This document shows, piece after piece, positions 26,966-40,424 of a stretch of DNA of 64,000 nt. This DNA is from Selaginella moellendorffii (lineage: Eukaryota; Plantae; Lycopodiophyta): positions 2,461,419 to 2,525,418 of the forward strand of contig NW_003314275.1 in the NCBI RefSeq assembly GCF_000143415.4. The letters run 5' to 3'. A program made the position numbers and the translations under genes. The notes under the pieces are model-generated. The model had not been told where the DNA came from. It ran no database searches and was given only the letters and a program-made list of their open reading frames with translations. The first letter of the stretch is position 1. Every line of letters begins with the position of its first letter.

Positions 26966-27872
26966 GATGCATCTCGGTGTCCAGACCTTCCACTGCAGCA
27001 GCACCCAGGGGACGTTGCTGACGCCAAGGTCTCCACCCAGGAAATGGAGGTCGCCAATCCGAAAAACGACGGCAACGCCGATAAGTGTGACCAACTTCAT
27101 CACACGCCCAGCAGCGAACATCACGGCCACGATCATGTCCTCGCGCTTGTCCTTGGACTCGAGTAGCAGCAGCATCAACCTCTATTGGAATAGGACTATC
27201 ACTCATAGGAAGTGGAGCGGAAGGACGTGCAACGAGAAGTGGAAGAGGCGACGTCTCATAACGTTGTGCCAAGCGAAGAGCATCGTCAAGGGTGGCAGGA
27301 GCAAGTGCATGCACAAGTCCGACAAGATCTTGACGAAGTGCTGGCCACAACATTCCTAGCTTGATCCGCTCCGACATATTTGGCTCCGCACGAAGCAAAA
27401 GACTTCGGAAACGAACGCCAAATTGCATCACCGACTCCGATGGCCCTTGGCGAAGACGATGCAATTGTTGGAAAGCATCATCACAATCATCGGCATGTCC
27501 GAAGGCGCGTTTGAAGACGTCCGGGAGAACACTCCAATCCCCACGAGTAGCTGCGCTCAAACCATTGTACCACTGCAACGCCGTCCCTTGGAGACACGTG
27601 GGAAACTCACGCAACCGTCGAGCATCATTCTAAGAATGATATGTGGCAATCACCGTAAAGTGATCGAACCAATGGTACACATTATCCCCAGGATTCTCGC
27701 GAAAGAACTCCGGCCGAACGCGAGGATTGGCACCAAGAGCAGGAGGAGTTGTACCACATGCCGTGAATGCCGCCATCAACTGAGTTTGGTTGTTTAATTG
27801 CAAGCGCATAGCATCAAACAATTGAACCAACTGCTGCTCTAGAGTCAAAGGAGGAGATTGCGGATCGGCCAT
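26940..27872 (-). pseudogene. gag: gag with CCHC zinc knuckle; premature stop at 27630 (TGG>TAG)
   Basis: MADPQSPP...LQGTALQWY...CWACDEVGHTYRRC; the paralogue at 36166-36888 has W at this position. Confidence 0.9.
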
Positions 27873-28089
27873 GAAGATGAACGAAAAAGAAAGAGCAAAA
27901 GAAGAGAAATGACAAAAAAGTTGGAAAGAAATGGTAGATCTAGACAATACAAAAAGCTAGATCGAAACCAAAATCCTGAAAGGAAAGAACAAAAGAAAGG
28001 AAATGGAAAAAGCTAGATCTAGACGATATAAAAGCTAGATCTAAACCGAAATCTCAAATCCAAGCATTCCCCAGGGACAATCAAAGGTG

Positions 28090-28105
28090 CCCCTCAACTC
28101 CACCA
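28090..28105 (-). promoter_or_regulatory. Primer-binding site complementary to a tRNA-Ala 3' end
   Basis: Plus strand cccctcaactccacca abutting the LTR; the ..CTCCA-CCA end fits the G3:U70 Ala acceptor stem (inference). Confidence 0.7.
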
Positions 28106-31100
28106 ATGTGAGTGCATGGAATATGGAAAGGGAATACAGAAATGTGTATATCAATTAGCCCAAAAACCCTAGCTTATATACAGGAGCGAGTGGTCCGGAT
28201 TGAAACCAATCCGACGGCTACCAAAATCCACTACGCTAATATTAGTATATGGCATCGTAACCGTACACTTGGCCCTCACAGACATAATATTAGTTCTGGG
28301 GTCAAGTGTAATGTGTTTAATTTAAAATCAAAGATATGACTAAAGCTTGTTGGTAAGTCATTAATTAGAGAAGGATTATTTTTTTAAGAGATCTTAAAGG
28401 AGCTTCCTTAATTTTATCAAAGATAAATAGACCATTTTTATTTGTCACCAAATTTACTTCATAATAATGAAAAACCAGATATTGCCACAAAGTATAAGGA
28501 TTTCTTAGATCACTGTTTTGTTAATAATATTGATCCTTAAAAATGTGGAATTAAGAGGCCTATATTAGTATAAAAAACAGTTTTAAAATGTATTCACTAA
28601 TTATTGTATAAAAAAGAGTTAGAAAGTCAACAAGTTCATGGCTAAAATAGCCAATGAGCTCCAAAAAAAACATTGAACAAGTGAAAGAGAACATTTAATA
28701 AAATACAAGTGATTAAAATGAATGTAAAAGCTCTCAAAAGACTGATCAAGAAACATCTAAAAGATGTTATATTTTAAACCTAATTATAAAAAATAAAGTA
28801 GTAATTGTTCATTTTAGAAGTGAAAAAATGCTCCACATTTTCAATAGAGATTCTCTGATCTTCATTCATTATAGATGAATCAATCAATCCATTAGTCATT
28901 TTATGGACCCGAACCTGGGTGATCTATCCATAACCAAGATGAAGCTTGGATGAAACTAGGTGGAGGTTCAAACCAACAAATGTTGAAAAATGAAAGTATT
29001 CATTAAATCTAGATATTTAAGATGGATTATTAGTGAAAACTCATTAAATAAAGAATTTTTTAAGTCAATATAAAGTTTAAGGTATCATCCCCTTTAAGGA
29101 TGATTATGGTATGATGCACATAAGCCTAAAAAAACTGCACAAGATAGTGAAAGAATATTATTATTAGCTATTTAAAGCAAACCTTTGGAGTAAAGACACT
29201 AAGTATCATATGAAATGCTTAGATTATTAAAAAAGGAAGCACCATACTTAGATTGGATTGGACGAGAGTTATTATATATATAGAACAATGTGATAGCAAT
29301 TGGAAAATGGCTAGAATGAGCAATTGTTAAGATTATAACATTTATATAAAAATATGATGATGCAGCTCTTATCAAGAATTGAAGATTGATATTAATGCTC
29401 AATATGCTATACAAGGTAATTGTGAAGGTATTTACTAAGATATTAAGATCAATATTATCAGAGACTACATTATACATAAAAGAGTTTTGTGGAAGGGAGA
29501 TAGTTGGTGGATAATGTACACAAGGTACTTTTAACAATTACAAATCAATGATCAAAAATTGTTGAAAGCCTTTATTTTATTAAACTATGAAAAAGTTGAT
29601 TATAGAGTTGATATTTTAATAGGCAATTATGAGGAGTATTGGTATACCAAATAAATTTATAAGATAAACAGCTGCTCTATACTAAGATGTAGTTAGCAAA
29701 CTCACAATTGATGGACAATTGAAAACATTATATATAGTAGTATTTAATATGGCAAGGGTGTCCCTTATTTTTTCTTTTTGTAGGCAATATTCTATCATAT
29801 TACTTAGTAAGGCAAAATGGTCCTCAAAGATTGATGTTACTTAATTTGCTCTAAGATATAGCACTGGTTGTTGAGGTTGAACTCAAGTCTAATGCTTTTG
29901 TGGATAACATATAAGTAGTTACAAGAGGGACCCTAAAAAATCTAAATAGAGTTTAATAAAGTTGTTAGAACTAAGATTAACTATAAATTAGTTGACATTT
30001 GGCTTCTAGAATTAAATCCATTTACATGGGGGTTTAAATAAGATTTCAAGTGGGTTAAAAGGAATGACATTACAAAATATATTGAATTCTAATAGGTTTT
30101 ATAAATGATCCACTCCTACATAATCAAAAGGCAATGAAAAAGCTCAAAGAATAATTAAAGTTTTAGACATCATATAAATTGTCTTTTTTTTTCATGTGTG
30201 TGGTTGTGAACAAATAATGCTTAGGATATTGTTCTTGATTGCATCATGAAATTTGGATTGAAAGACACTTAAAGATATAAATAAGTTTATACAAACATAT
30301 GTTTAGAGTGGCTGTAACTTAAGGTATAGCCAAGGTAAAATAGAACTTTATTATAAAATTAAAACAAGATAGAAGAATTAATATAAATTAATATTGCATG
30401 GAAGTTAGAAAAAATAGAAATTTTCAAATCAGTACAAATTATATTGTTAATCAATATTTCTCAATAATATGTTCAAATACAAATGGAGGTGTTTGAAAAC
30501 TTGAAAGCTCAATGCAACAAATTTTACAATAATAAAGATGAGAGAATTAAAGGTGATGGTTATATGGGTATAGGTGCAAATGATCATTGCAACAACAGCC
30601 CAAATGCTCTAACTAGAGAAAAGGGAAAAGAGAAATCAGCTAAAGAAAGTGCAAAATGAAATATAGTTTTAACATTTTTTTATGGTAATGAGGTAAGGTA
30701 AATATTTGTGAATGGAAGTGAACACCATTAAACAAATGGTTTCAATTGATACAATCAAAACAGCCTTAGCATGTAATTCACAAGCAACATCTCTCTCCAT
30801 TAGTACTTTTAAAGTTAGTCCTCCCTCTTGAAAAGCTCTTTATTAGTTTTGTACTCAATAAAATTATACAAGTTTTTTTTTTGTGTTTTGCTAGTAAATA
30901 AAAGACACCATTTAATAAAGACAAACTCTTGGAAGTCAAAATAGAAGAACTAGAGAACCATGTGAGTGCTTGGAATATAGAAAAGAAATACAGAAATGTG
31001 CATATCAATTAGCCAAAAAACCCTAGTTTATATACAGGAGCAAGTGGTCCAGATTGAAACCAATCCAATAGCTACCAAAATCCCACTACACTAATATTAG

Positions 31101-33796
31101 TATACAACATCGTAGCTGTACACTTGGCCCTCACATCATCCCCTCCTCTCGGAATAATGGAAGGCCGTCAGGGTTCTCTTGTAAACAGGCTGGGATCTGG
31201 AGGAATGTCAGGAGGAGGCATCGATGGTATTAACTGCTCTTGATCCCTTTGTATGAAGTGTTTCAACCGTTGCACATGCACAATCTCTGAAGGATCGGCC
31301 TGCTGGATGTCATGCCGAACCTCATAAACTTGTGGTCCAACTCGCCGCAACACCCGATACGGTCCTTTCCACTGTGCAAGGAGCCCCTTAGATAAACCAC
31401 GTACCATAAGATGGGGAAAATGGACTAACACCAAATCATCCACTTTGTACTCCACAGGTGCATGATGATGGGAGTTGTACTGCCGTTGTTGTCCCACTTG
31501 TACACAGCCTAAGTGTTCGGCAGACTCCGCTCAGACAAGTGGAAGAATGCTTATCAAATATTGATCCCATGACCTAGCATCTGCAACTTGTGGCAATCGC
31601 GAAGGTAAACCTAGCTCTATTGGTAATATTGGATCATGACTATATAGGAGTTTATATGGTGAAGCACCAATAAAACTTTGCACCCCTGTGACATATGCAT
31701 ACCGAAGAGACGGCAAATAACCATCCCAATTCGAATGCTGAAAGTTCACATACTTCGCAATCATCCCCTTGAATGTCCGAACGAGCCGTTCCACCAAACC
31801 GTCTAATTGTGGATGATAAGCACTCGTGAAAGTGTGGCGTATCCTTAACCGATACGTCAAAATATGAAATACCTCAGCCATAAATGCGGGACCATTATCC
31901 GAAAGAGTCCGCTTTGGACAAGAATGCTGGAACACCACTCGATTGAGGAGGAAGTATCCAATGGCGCTAGCAAAGAGGCGCTAGCAAAAGCACCAACTTC
32001 CACCCAACGAGTCAAGTAGTCAGAAGCAATAATAACATACTCATTGCCAGCAGTTGACCGTGGAAAAGGTCCCATAAGATCAAACACCACCAACTCAAAC
32101 GGACGGGAAACTGCAATTGACTCCAACCGTCCTTCTACAGCTCGAGGGGGAGTATTACGAGCTTGGCACCAAACGTAGCTACGCACATACCGGATAATAT
32201 CACGTCACATCTCTGGCCAATAGAAAGATCTGCGCAACTTCTTGGTTACACGACGATGTCCCATATGCCCACTTAGAACAGGAGAATCATGGTAGGCATG
32301 GAGAAACCGCGAAATAAAGATAGAAGGCACCACCAGCCGTAAATGATCATCAGGATCTGTCCCCATAAAATAAAAAAGGCCGTCTTCAAGGTGATATTGA
32401 GAATGTAAGTGCCGGAAAGGCAAGTCATCAGCAAGTGATGCAGGAATCTCAAACCCATCTCGAAGCCTTCAAATTCACAGCTCAATCTTTTGAGCCTCGC
32501 GAACCTCATCAAGAGAAGGTAAATCTTGCTCTGCACCTTGTGGATATTGAATGTCAAGTACAGCAACTGCTGACGGCATAGAATCCTTCTCTAGAAAATC
32601 CACAGATGCTGGAATAACAGGCTCATCAGAAACATGAGAAGAGAATGGAGAAGGAAGAGGAGCTCGAGAAAGGGCATCAGCATCAGCCATAAAACTCTCT
32701 GGGCGATGAACAACATCAAAATCATATATCTGAAGCTTCAAAACCCATCGAGCAGTACGACCAACCAGGTTCTTCCGTTTCAATAATGAAGTAACAACAG
32801 CATGATCACCTTTAAGTAACGTCCGAGAACCATGTAGATATGCATGAAGTTTCTCGAAACCCCAAACTATTGCTAAACACTCCTTTTCTGTCGTGGAGTA
32901 GTTCATTTCCACTAGTTGTAATGTATGGCTTATATATGCAATAGGATGGCGCTGACCAGGCACTCTCGAGCTCTCTTGCATCAACACACATCCAAGACCA
33001 ATGTTAGAAACATCCACGCGCAAAATAAAAGGTCGAGTATAGTCAGGATATGCCAAAACTGGAGGAGTCGTCAATAACTCTTTGAGATCCCCGAACGCCC
33101 ACTCACAATCCGGAGATCAGATGAAAGATGATGTTGATGACTTTAGCAACGTTCGCAACGGTGCAGTGCGATCAGAAAGATGATCCACAAAACGACCGAG
33201 ATACTGCACCTTGCCCAAGAAGCACTGCACATCATTCACACACTTCGGAGTAGGGAACTTTAGAACAGCCACAAGTTTGTCAGGATCAACTTACAAACCC
33301 TCACGAGAAATACGGTACTCAAGATAAGTTGTATCTTTAGACCCAAACACACACTTCAACCACTTCAGCTTTAACCCAATGTTGCGTAGCTTATCCAACA
33401 CTTTACAAACACCACGAACATGCTCCTCCCACGTCCCCTCCAAGTGAATCAAGACATCATCAATGAAGTCAGCAGTCACCTCCGGCATATCGCAAAGAAC
33501 CTCGTCCATCATCCGCTGGAAAGTTGTTGGAGCATTGTTTAAACCAAATGGCATCACCAAGAACTCGTACAAACCAAACGGTGTACAAAACGCAATCTTA
33601 GGAATATCTTCTTCGGCCATCAGTACTTGCCAGTACCCAGAAGCAAGATCTAGCTTAGTGAACCAACGACTTCGCTTTAGACGATCCAAGAGATTAGCAG
33701 TGTGAGGAAGAGGGTACACGTCCGGGATCGTTACTTCATTTAACAGACGATAGTCGATGCAAAAACGAATACTCCCATTAGGCTTCGTCACAAGAT

Positions 33797-36567
33797 GAGC
33801 TTCACATGCCTAAAAACTCCGCAACTTCCGAATAACACCCTTCTCCAACATCTCCTTGACGTTTGCATGTAAAATCTTGATCTCCTTGGGTGACCGACAA
33901 CGAACAGGAACCTTGATTGGACGAGAATCCCGGGTTAGAATCGAATGACGTGTGGTAATCTTGGCCCCAGACGATAGGTCAAATTCAAAGAGATTAGAAT
34001 ACTCTTTCATGAGCCGGTCAACAGCTGCAACACAAAGATCATCGGAGGGATCGGAAAAGGGAAGAGTAGAACAAGATGGAAACATAGGAGGAAATAGTGG
34101 GGGAACAAAAGTAATAGAAGCAAAAATAGAAGTAAAGGGATGAAGAGGTGCAGAGGTGAGAGCAATAGATGAAACATAAAGAAGTATGAGATAAAGGGGA
34201 GAAGCCTCAGCATGATTGTGCTGCAACCAATCCATACCAAGAATGAGGTCAAAAGCTTGACTCGACACCACCCACAACAACTGCAACTCAAGCTCGAGAT
34301 CGCCCACACGCACAACCAATCCACCTCATCTCGTGCACATGCATGCGTACGGCCGTTGCTATAAAGAATGAAAACTGGATCCGCCGCACGATGCAAGTGT
34401 AGACGACAACGTGTGGCAACAGGTCGAGCAATAAAAGATAAACTTGAACCTGTATCAACCAACACAAAGAGAATAATAGGAGACATCTTGTTATAAAAAC
34501 GAGCTTGGAAAGTAAACACTGGATGAACCGGTGCCGAGTGAACCCCTTGATGATACTCTCGAAAGAAAGATGGAGGGGTCACTAACTTATTCGCGCAAGG
34601 TCCCTCCGTTACTCGCACGATTCCTGGATGCACCTCGGTGTCCAAACCTTCCACCGCAGCAGCACCAACGAGATATTGCTGACGCCAAGATTTCCACCCA
34701 GGAAATGGAGGTCACCAATCCAGAAAGCGTCGACAACGCCGATAAGTATGACAAACTTCATCACACGCCTAGCAACAAACATCACGGCCACGACCACGTC
34801 CGCGCCCTTGTCCTTGGACTCGAGTAGCATCAGCATCAACCTCCATTGGAACAAGACCATCACTCATAGGAAGTGGAGCAGAAAGATGTGTAGCGAGAAG
34901 TGGAAAAGGCGACGTCTCATAACGTTGTGCCAAGCGAAGAGCATCGTGAAGGGTGGCAGGAGCAAGTGCATGCACAAGGCCGACAAGATTTTGACGAAGT
35001 GCTGGCCACAACATTCCTAGCTTGATCCGCTCTGACATATTGGGCTCTGCACAAAGCAAAAGACTTCGGAAACGAACGCCAAATTGCATCACCGACTCAG
35101 ATGGCCCTTGGCAAAGACGATGCAATTGTTGGAAGGCATCATCACAATCGTCAGCATGTCCGAAGGCGCATTTGAGCTTCACATGCCTAAGGACTCCGCA
35201 ACTTCCGAATAACACCCTTCTCCAACATCTCCTTGACGTTTGCACGTAAAATCTTGATCTCCTTGGGTGACTGACGACGAACAGGAACCTTGATTGGACG
35301 AGCATCCCTGGTTAGAATCGGATGACGTGTGGCAATTTTGGCCCCAGACGATAGGTCAAATTCAAAGAGATTAGAATACTCCTTCATGAGCCGGTCAACA
35401 GCCTCAACACAAAGATCATCAGAGGGATTGGAAAAGGGAAGAGTAAAACAAGATGGAAACATAGGAGGAAATAGTGGGGGAACAAAAGTAATAGAAGCAA
35501 AAATAGAAGTAAAGGGATGAAGAAGTATAGAAGTGAGAGGAATGAATGAAACATAAGGAAGTATGAGACAAGGGGGAGAAGCCTCAAAGTTACACTTGGC
35601 ATGATTGTGCTGCAACCAATCCATACCAAGAATGAGGTCAAAAGCTTGACTCGGCACCACCTGCAACGACTGCAACTCAAGCTCGAGATCGCCCACACAC
35701 ACAACCAATCCACCTCATCTCGTGCACATGCATGTGTACGGCCGTTGCCATAAAGAATGAAAATTGGATCTGCCGCACGACGCAAGTGTAGACGAAAACG
35801 TGTGGCAACAGGTCGAGCAATAGAAGATAAACTTGAACCTGTATCAACCAACACAAAGAGAATAATAGGAGACCTCTTGTTATAAAAATGAGCTTGGAAA
35901 GTAAACACTGGATGAACCGGTGCCGAGTGAACCCCTTGATGATACTTCTGAAAGAAAGATGGAGGGGTCACTAACTTATTCGCGCAAGGTCCCTCCGTTA
36001 CTCGCGTGACTCCTCGTTTCCCGGATGCACCTCGGTGTCCAAACCTTCCACCGCAGCAGCACCAACGAGATATTGCTGACGCCAAGATTTCCACCCAGGA
36101 AATGGAGGTCACCAATCCAGAAAGCGTCGACAACGCCGATAAGTATGACAAACTTCATCACACGCCTAGCAACAAACATCACGGCCACGACCACGTCCGC
36201 GCCCTTGTCCTTGGACTCGAGTAACAGCAACATCAACCTCCATTGGAACGGGACCATCACTCATAGGAAGTGGAGCGGAAGGACATGCAGCGAGAAGTGG
36301 AAAAGGCGACGTCTCATAACGTTGTGCCAAGCGAAGAGCATCGTGAAGGGTGGCAGGAGCAAGTGCATGCACAAGGCCGACAAGATTTTGACGAAGTGCT
36401 GGCCACAACATTCCTAGCCTGATCCGCTCTGACATATTGGGCTCTGCACGAAACAAAAGACTTCGGAAACGAACGCCAAATTGCATCACCGACTCAGATG
36501 GCCCTTGGCAAAGACGATGCAATTGTTGGAAGGCATCATCACAATCGTCAGCATGTCCAAAGGCACG
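33797..36567 (-). repeat. ~1.4-kb tandem duplication of 3' gag-protease-RT start inside copy b
   Basis: 33797-35172 ~ 35173-36567; duplicated ORFs (34628-35020 vs 36025-36417); junction tttgagcttc. Confidence 0.9.
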
Positions 36568-37520
36568 TTTGAAGACGTCCGGAAGAACACTCCAATCCCC
36601 ACGAGTGGCCGCACTCAATCCATTGTACCACTGCAACGCCGTCCCTTGGAGACACGTGGGAAACTCATGCAAACGTCGAGCATCATCCCAAAAATGATAT
36701 ATGGCAATCATCGTGAAGTGATCGAACCAATGGTACACATCATCCTCAGGATTCCCACAAAAGAACTCCGGCCGAATGCAAGGATTGGCACCAAGAGCAG
36801 GAGGAGTTGGACCATGTGCCATGAATACCGCCATCAATTGAGTTTGGTTGTTCAATTGCAAGCACATAGCATCAAGCAATTGGACCAACTATTACTCTAG
36901 AGTCAAAGGAGGAGATTGCTGATTTGCTATGAAGACGGACGAAGAAAGAGCAAAAGAAGGGAAACGACAAAAAATGAGAAGGAAATGGGAGATTTAGACA
37001 ATGCAAAAAGCTAGATCTAAACCAAAATCCTGAAAGAGAAGAACAAAAGAAAGGAAATGAAAAAAGCTAGATCTAGACGATGCAAAAGCTAAATCTAAAC
37101 CAAAATCCCAAATTCAAGCATTCCTCAGGGACAATCAAAGGTGCCCTTTGTCAAGACCCCCAACAAGATCAAGACTGGAAAATGCAAAAGACAAAGAGAA
37201 AAGCTAGTGGAAACAAAGAAAAAGCCTTAAACTAGCGTTGATTCAGATTGTGGAGAAATGGAACAAAGCTAACCTATATATACTATAGGTTGATGAAGCT
37301 CCACCACTCTTGGATCAAGGACGGCCTAAATATAGCTGAGGTCGAGGAGGCACCACATCAATATCAGGATTGTGGCTCGAGACTCAGGAATCGTACAGGA
37401 AATTAGAGAGTCAAGAATAGGGAAGTGTCTCAAGAATCAAGAATGTGGTCTGCAGGTTAGGAATCCGGCAAGAGTCAGGAATGTGGCAAGAATTGGGGGA
37501 TTCCTGACAGCACCCCCTCC

Positions 37521-39104
37521 TCAAGAACGAGTGGAACGAGGATGTGAATGAGAACGACGAGGAGGATGAGATAAGCGGCGAGGGATGGGAGATGGAAAAA
37601 AAGAATGAGGACTGGGACGAGAAGGATAACAGCGGTGGAAGTCCTGAACAAGGTCAGGAGAATGAATCAGGTTGTCCGCAAGTTCCCAAGTGCGTTCTTC
37701 AGGTCCGTAACCCTTCCAATCGACCAGATAGTAGAGTTTAGACTGTGAAATCTTGGAATCAAGGATGTCCTGAACCTCGTACTCAGACCCATCCTCGAGT
37801 TGCACTAGTGGAGGTGGAGGAATGACCTGATTGGGAATAGGACTAGGAATATAAGGCTTAAGGAGGGAGGAGTGAAAAATGGGGTGAATTTGATATGAGG
37901 AGGGAAGTGCAAGGCGATAAGTGATAGGATTAATGATGGCAGTGATAGGGAAAGGACCGAGGCATTTGAAATCAAGTTTTGGACAGGGCCTGGTGGTGAA
38001 GATATTTCGCCTAAGGAGCCAGACTTTATCCCCGATATTGTAAGGGGGACAATCCTGACGATGGACATTGGCAAATGTTTTATGAGATTCCTGAGCACGA
38101 TGGAGGTGGAAGGAGATGGAGTTGTGAATTTCCTGGAGGTTGGAGATAAATGCCTCAGAGCGGGGATTTGAACGAGAGGATTCGGATGGAGAAGGAAGTG
38201 AGAGATTGAATCGGGGATTTCGGCCAGAGTTTGCAAAGAAGGGGGAAATTCGAAGAGAGGAGTGAACAGAGTTGTTATAGGAGAACTCAGCAAGAGGAAA
38301 GATATCGAACCAGTTATCCTGATGATAGTTGATGAAGCACCTCAAGAATTGTTCCAACGTTTGAATCGTTCGCTCGGACTGCCCATCAGTTTGAGGATGA
38401 TATGCCGAAGAGAGGTTGGCCTTCACTCCAAGCAGCTGCAAAAACCGTTGCCAGAAATGAGAGATGAACTGAGGCCCCCGATCCGAAACCACATTTGTAG
38501 GAATCCCATGAAGTTGGAAAATTTCCCTGAATACCAGTTTTGCCATGTCCTCGCACGAAAACTCCTTGGTACATGGCAAGAAGTGCGCCATCTTTGTGAA
38601 GAGATCCACCACAACTAAAATGTTGTTGAAGCCTCCAAAACTCAGAAGATCATTCAAGAAATCCATAGAGATGGATTCCCAAGGACCTGAAGGGACTGGA
38701 AGGGAATGAAGCAAACCTGAAGGAAGGTGGTGAGGTACCTTATTTTGGGCACAAGTGTCACAGGAGGTAACAAAAGCTTTGATGTAGTCGTCCATGTGAG
38801 GCCACCAAAAGTCCTGTGCAACTAGCTCATAGGTTCTCGCAATGCCGAAGTGACTAGCAGTCGGGCTATCGTGGCACGCCATCAGGACCAACCTTCGAGC
38901 ATCACCTTCAGGAACGTAAAGCTGCTCCTCACGGTATAATAAGCCATCTAAGAACTCGAACTCGTCAAATCGCCGGCAGTCGGGAGTCACTGGGTGTCCA
39001 GCCTGAAGATGGGGGAAAATGTCGCTAGCGAGATCATCGGATTGAAGATTGTTTCTGATTGCATCCATCAAGGAGGAGTCCTGAGGGGCCAGGGAGATTG
39101 CCAT
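37521..39104 (-). CDS. Integrase (HHCC, DDE, GPF) plus C-terminal chromodomain, open frame of 527 aa
   Basis: HDSPTASHFG, CDTC, SDRGPQF, YHPQTDGQSER, EYEVQDILDSK..LYYLVDWKGYGPEERTWE. Confidence 0.88.
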   Translation of the reverse strand: MAISLAPQDSSLMDAIRNNLQSDDLASDIFPHLQAGHPVTPDCRRFDEFEFLDGLLYREEQLYVPEGDARRLVLMACHDSPTASHFGIARTYELVAQDFWWPHMDDYIKAFVTSCDTCAQNKVPHHLPSGLLHSLPVPSGPWESISMDFLNDLLSFGGFNNILVVVDLFTKMAHFLPCTKEFSCEDMAKLVFREIFQLHGIPTNVVSDRGPQFISHFWQRFLQLLGVKANLSSAYHPQTDGQSERTIQTLEQFLRCFINYHQDNWFDIFPLAEFSYNNSVHSSLRISPFFANSGRNPRFNLSLPSPSESSRSNPRSEAFISNLQEIHNSISFHLHRAQESHKTFANVHRQDCPPYNIGDKVWLLRRNIFTTRPCPKLDFKCLGPFPITAIINPITYRLALPSSYQIHPIFHSSLLKPYIPSPIPNQVIPPPPLVQLEDGSEYEVQDILDSKISQSKLYYLVDWKGYGPEERTWELADNLIHSPDLVQDFHRCYPSRPSPHSFFPSPIPRRLSHPPRRSHSHPRSTRS

Positions 39105-40424
39105 AACTTGAAGTCAATCAGGACTGAAGATAAATTGATCCTGTTGATCGAAGGCAAAATTACCAATGGTGAAGAAGCGGGCACCGCCGAGGTGTTCCAA
39201 CAGGTCCGAGATCAGGGGCAGCGGATAACAGTTCCGAACAATCACCTTATTCAAACCTCGGTAATCGATGATTAGCCGCAAACTCCCATCCTTCTTCTTG
39301 ACAAAGAAGATAGGTGCTCCAGCTGGGGACTACGAATGCTAAATGTACCCCGAGGCAAGGTTCTCATCCACGTACTCTTTGAGGGCCTTAAGCTCGGACA
39401 GGGATAACCTGTAGATAGGCCCCCACAGAGGTGATGCTCCTTCCTGTAAATCAATGGGACAGTCATAAGGCCGATGAACAGGCAGTACACTAGCTTTTTT
39501 CTTGTCAAACACATCCCCAAAATCATGATACTTCTCAGGAAGACTGATAGGAAAAACATGCAAAGCAAAAAGGAAAATAGGTTCTTCATGAAGGAGTTCT
39601 TTCATAGTGATTTGGAGATAGAAGGAGGTGTATGACTAAATGGAATGATGAGACGAGGATACTGTCCAGTGTAAGATGGAAGAGAGGAAAAAGAAGAGGG
39701 TGAAAACTTCGTAAAGTCAGGAACAAAACCCCGATTTGAGTTTAGGGAACTTTTCCTGATTCGGACTCGATGAACAACAGGGGAAGCCATGGGAGATGGT
39801 GATGTGGGAGAGATGAGCTGTAATTCCTTCCAACAAATCTGAGACTGATGTAATTGGAACCAAGGAAGACCAAGCACCACAGAGGAGGACTTGCTGTTGA
39901 TGATGTTGAAGGCGATATCGATGATGGTGGACCCGATGTGTACTCGAACAGGCAACGTTTCCTTAAGTCCAGAAGATGGAGACACAAAATGCCCACCGAT
40001 GCCTTCAACCCTCAGATCCCGTATGGTAGGAGAAAGAGGAACATGATGTCGGGCAACAAAGTCTATGTCCATGAAGCAGGAAGTTGCACTCGAGTCCAGT
40101 AGCACCAGAGCCTTGAGTCCTGATTGTCCGGTGAAAGAAAGGAGGCATGGGACGTGGAAGTTGCAGGAATTGGTGGTGGCTTTGATGAAAGGTGGTGAGG
40201 AGCTTGATAAAGAAGAAAAGTGATTTTTATTCGGGGAGTCCAAACAGACAGCTCTTACTTTGTTTGGACAGGGTCGTTTCCCGACTACAACAGAGGTGGA
40301 CTTTGAGGCAGAGTGAACTTGAGCAGTCGGGGAGGCTTCTTGGGACACACAACTGCTTTGTGATTAGGATCAGCATAGTAGAGGCAAAGATTATGAGATA
40401 TTCGACGTTGCTTCTTAGTAGGAC

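Larger units (their letters stand above)
23270..28280 (-). mobile_element. Full-length non-chromovirus Ty3/Gypsy retrotransposon with 174-bp LTRs (copy a)
   Basis: LTRs 23270-23443 and 28107-28280 (one mismatch seen); PBS TGGTGGAGTTGAGGGG (tRNA-Ala-like); PPT GAGAGGAGGGGATGA; order gag-PR-RT-RH-INT. Confidence 0.95.
21630..30960 (+). mobile_element. Highly decayed AT-rich Gypsy gag/pol fossil, interrupted by 23270-28280
   Basis: Faint RT/RNase H-like motifs at ~29150-29650; part recurs inverted at 51083-52150; no intact ORF. Confidence 0.5.

Noticed and set aside
25649-27797. Plus-strand ORFs opposite gag/pol (and equivalents at 33463-36900, 38262-41351, 55986-59353)
   Set aside because: Antisense shadows of retrotransposon coding sequence.
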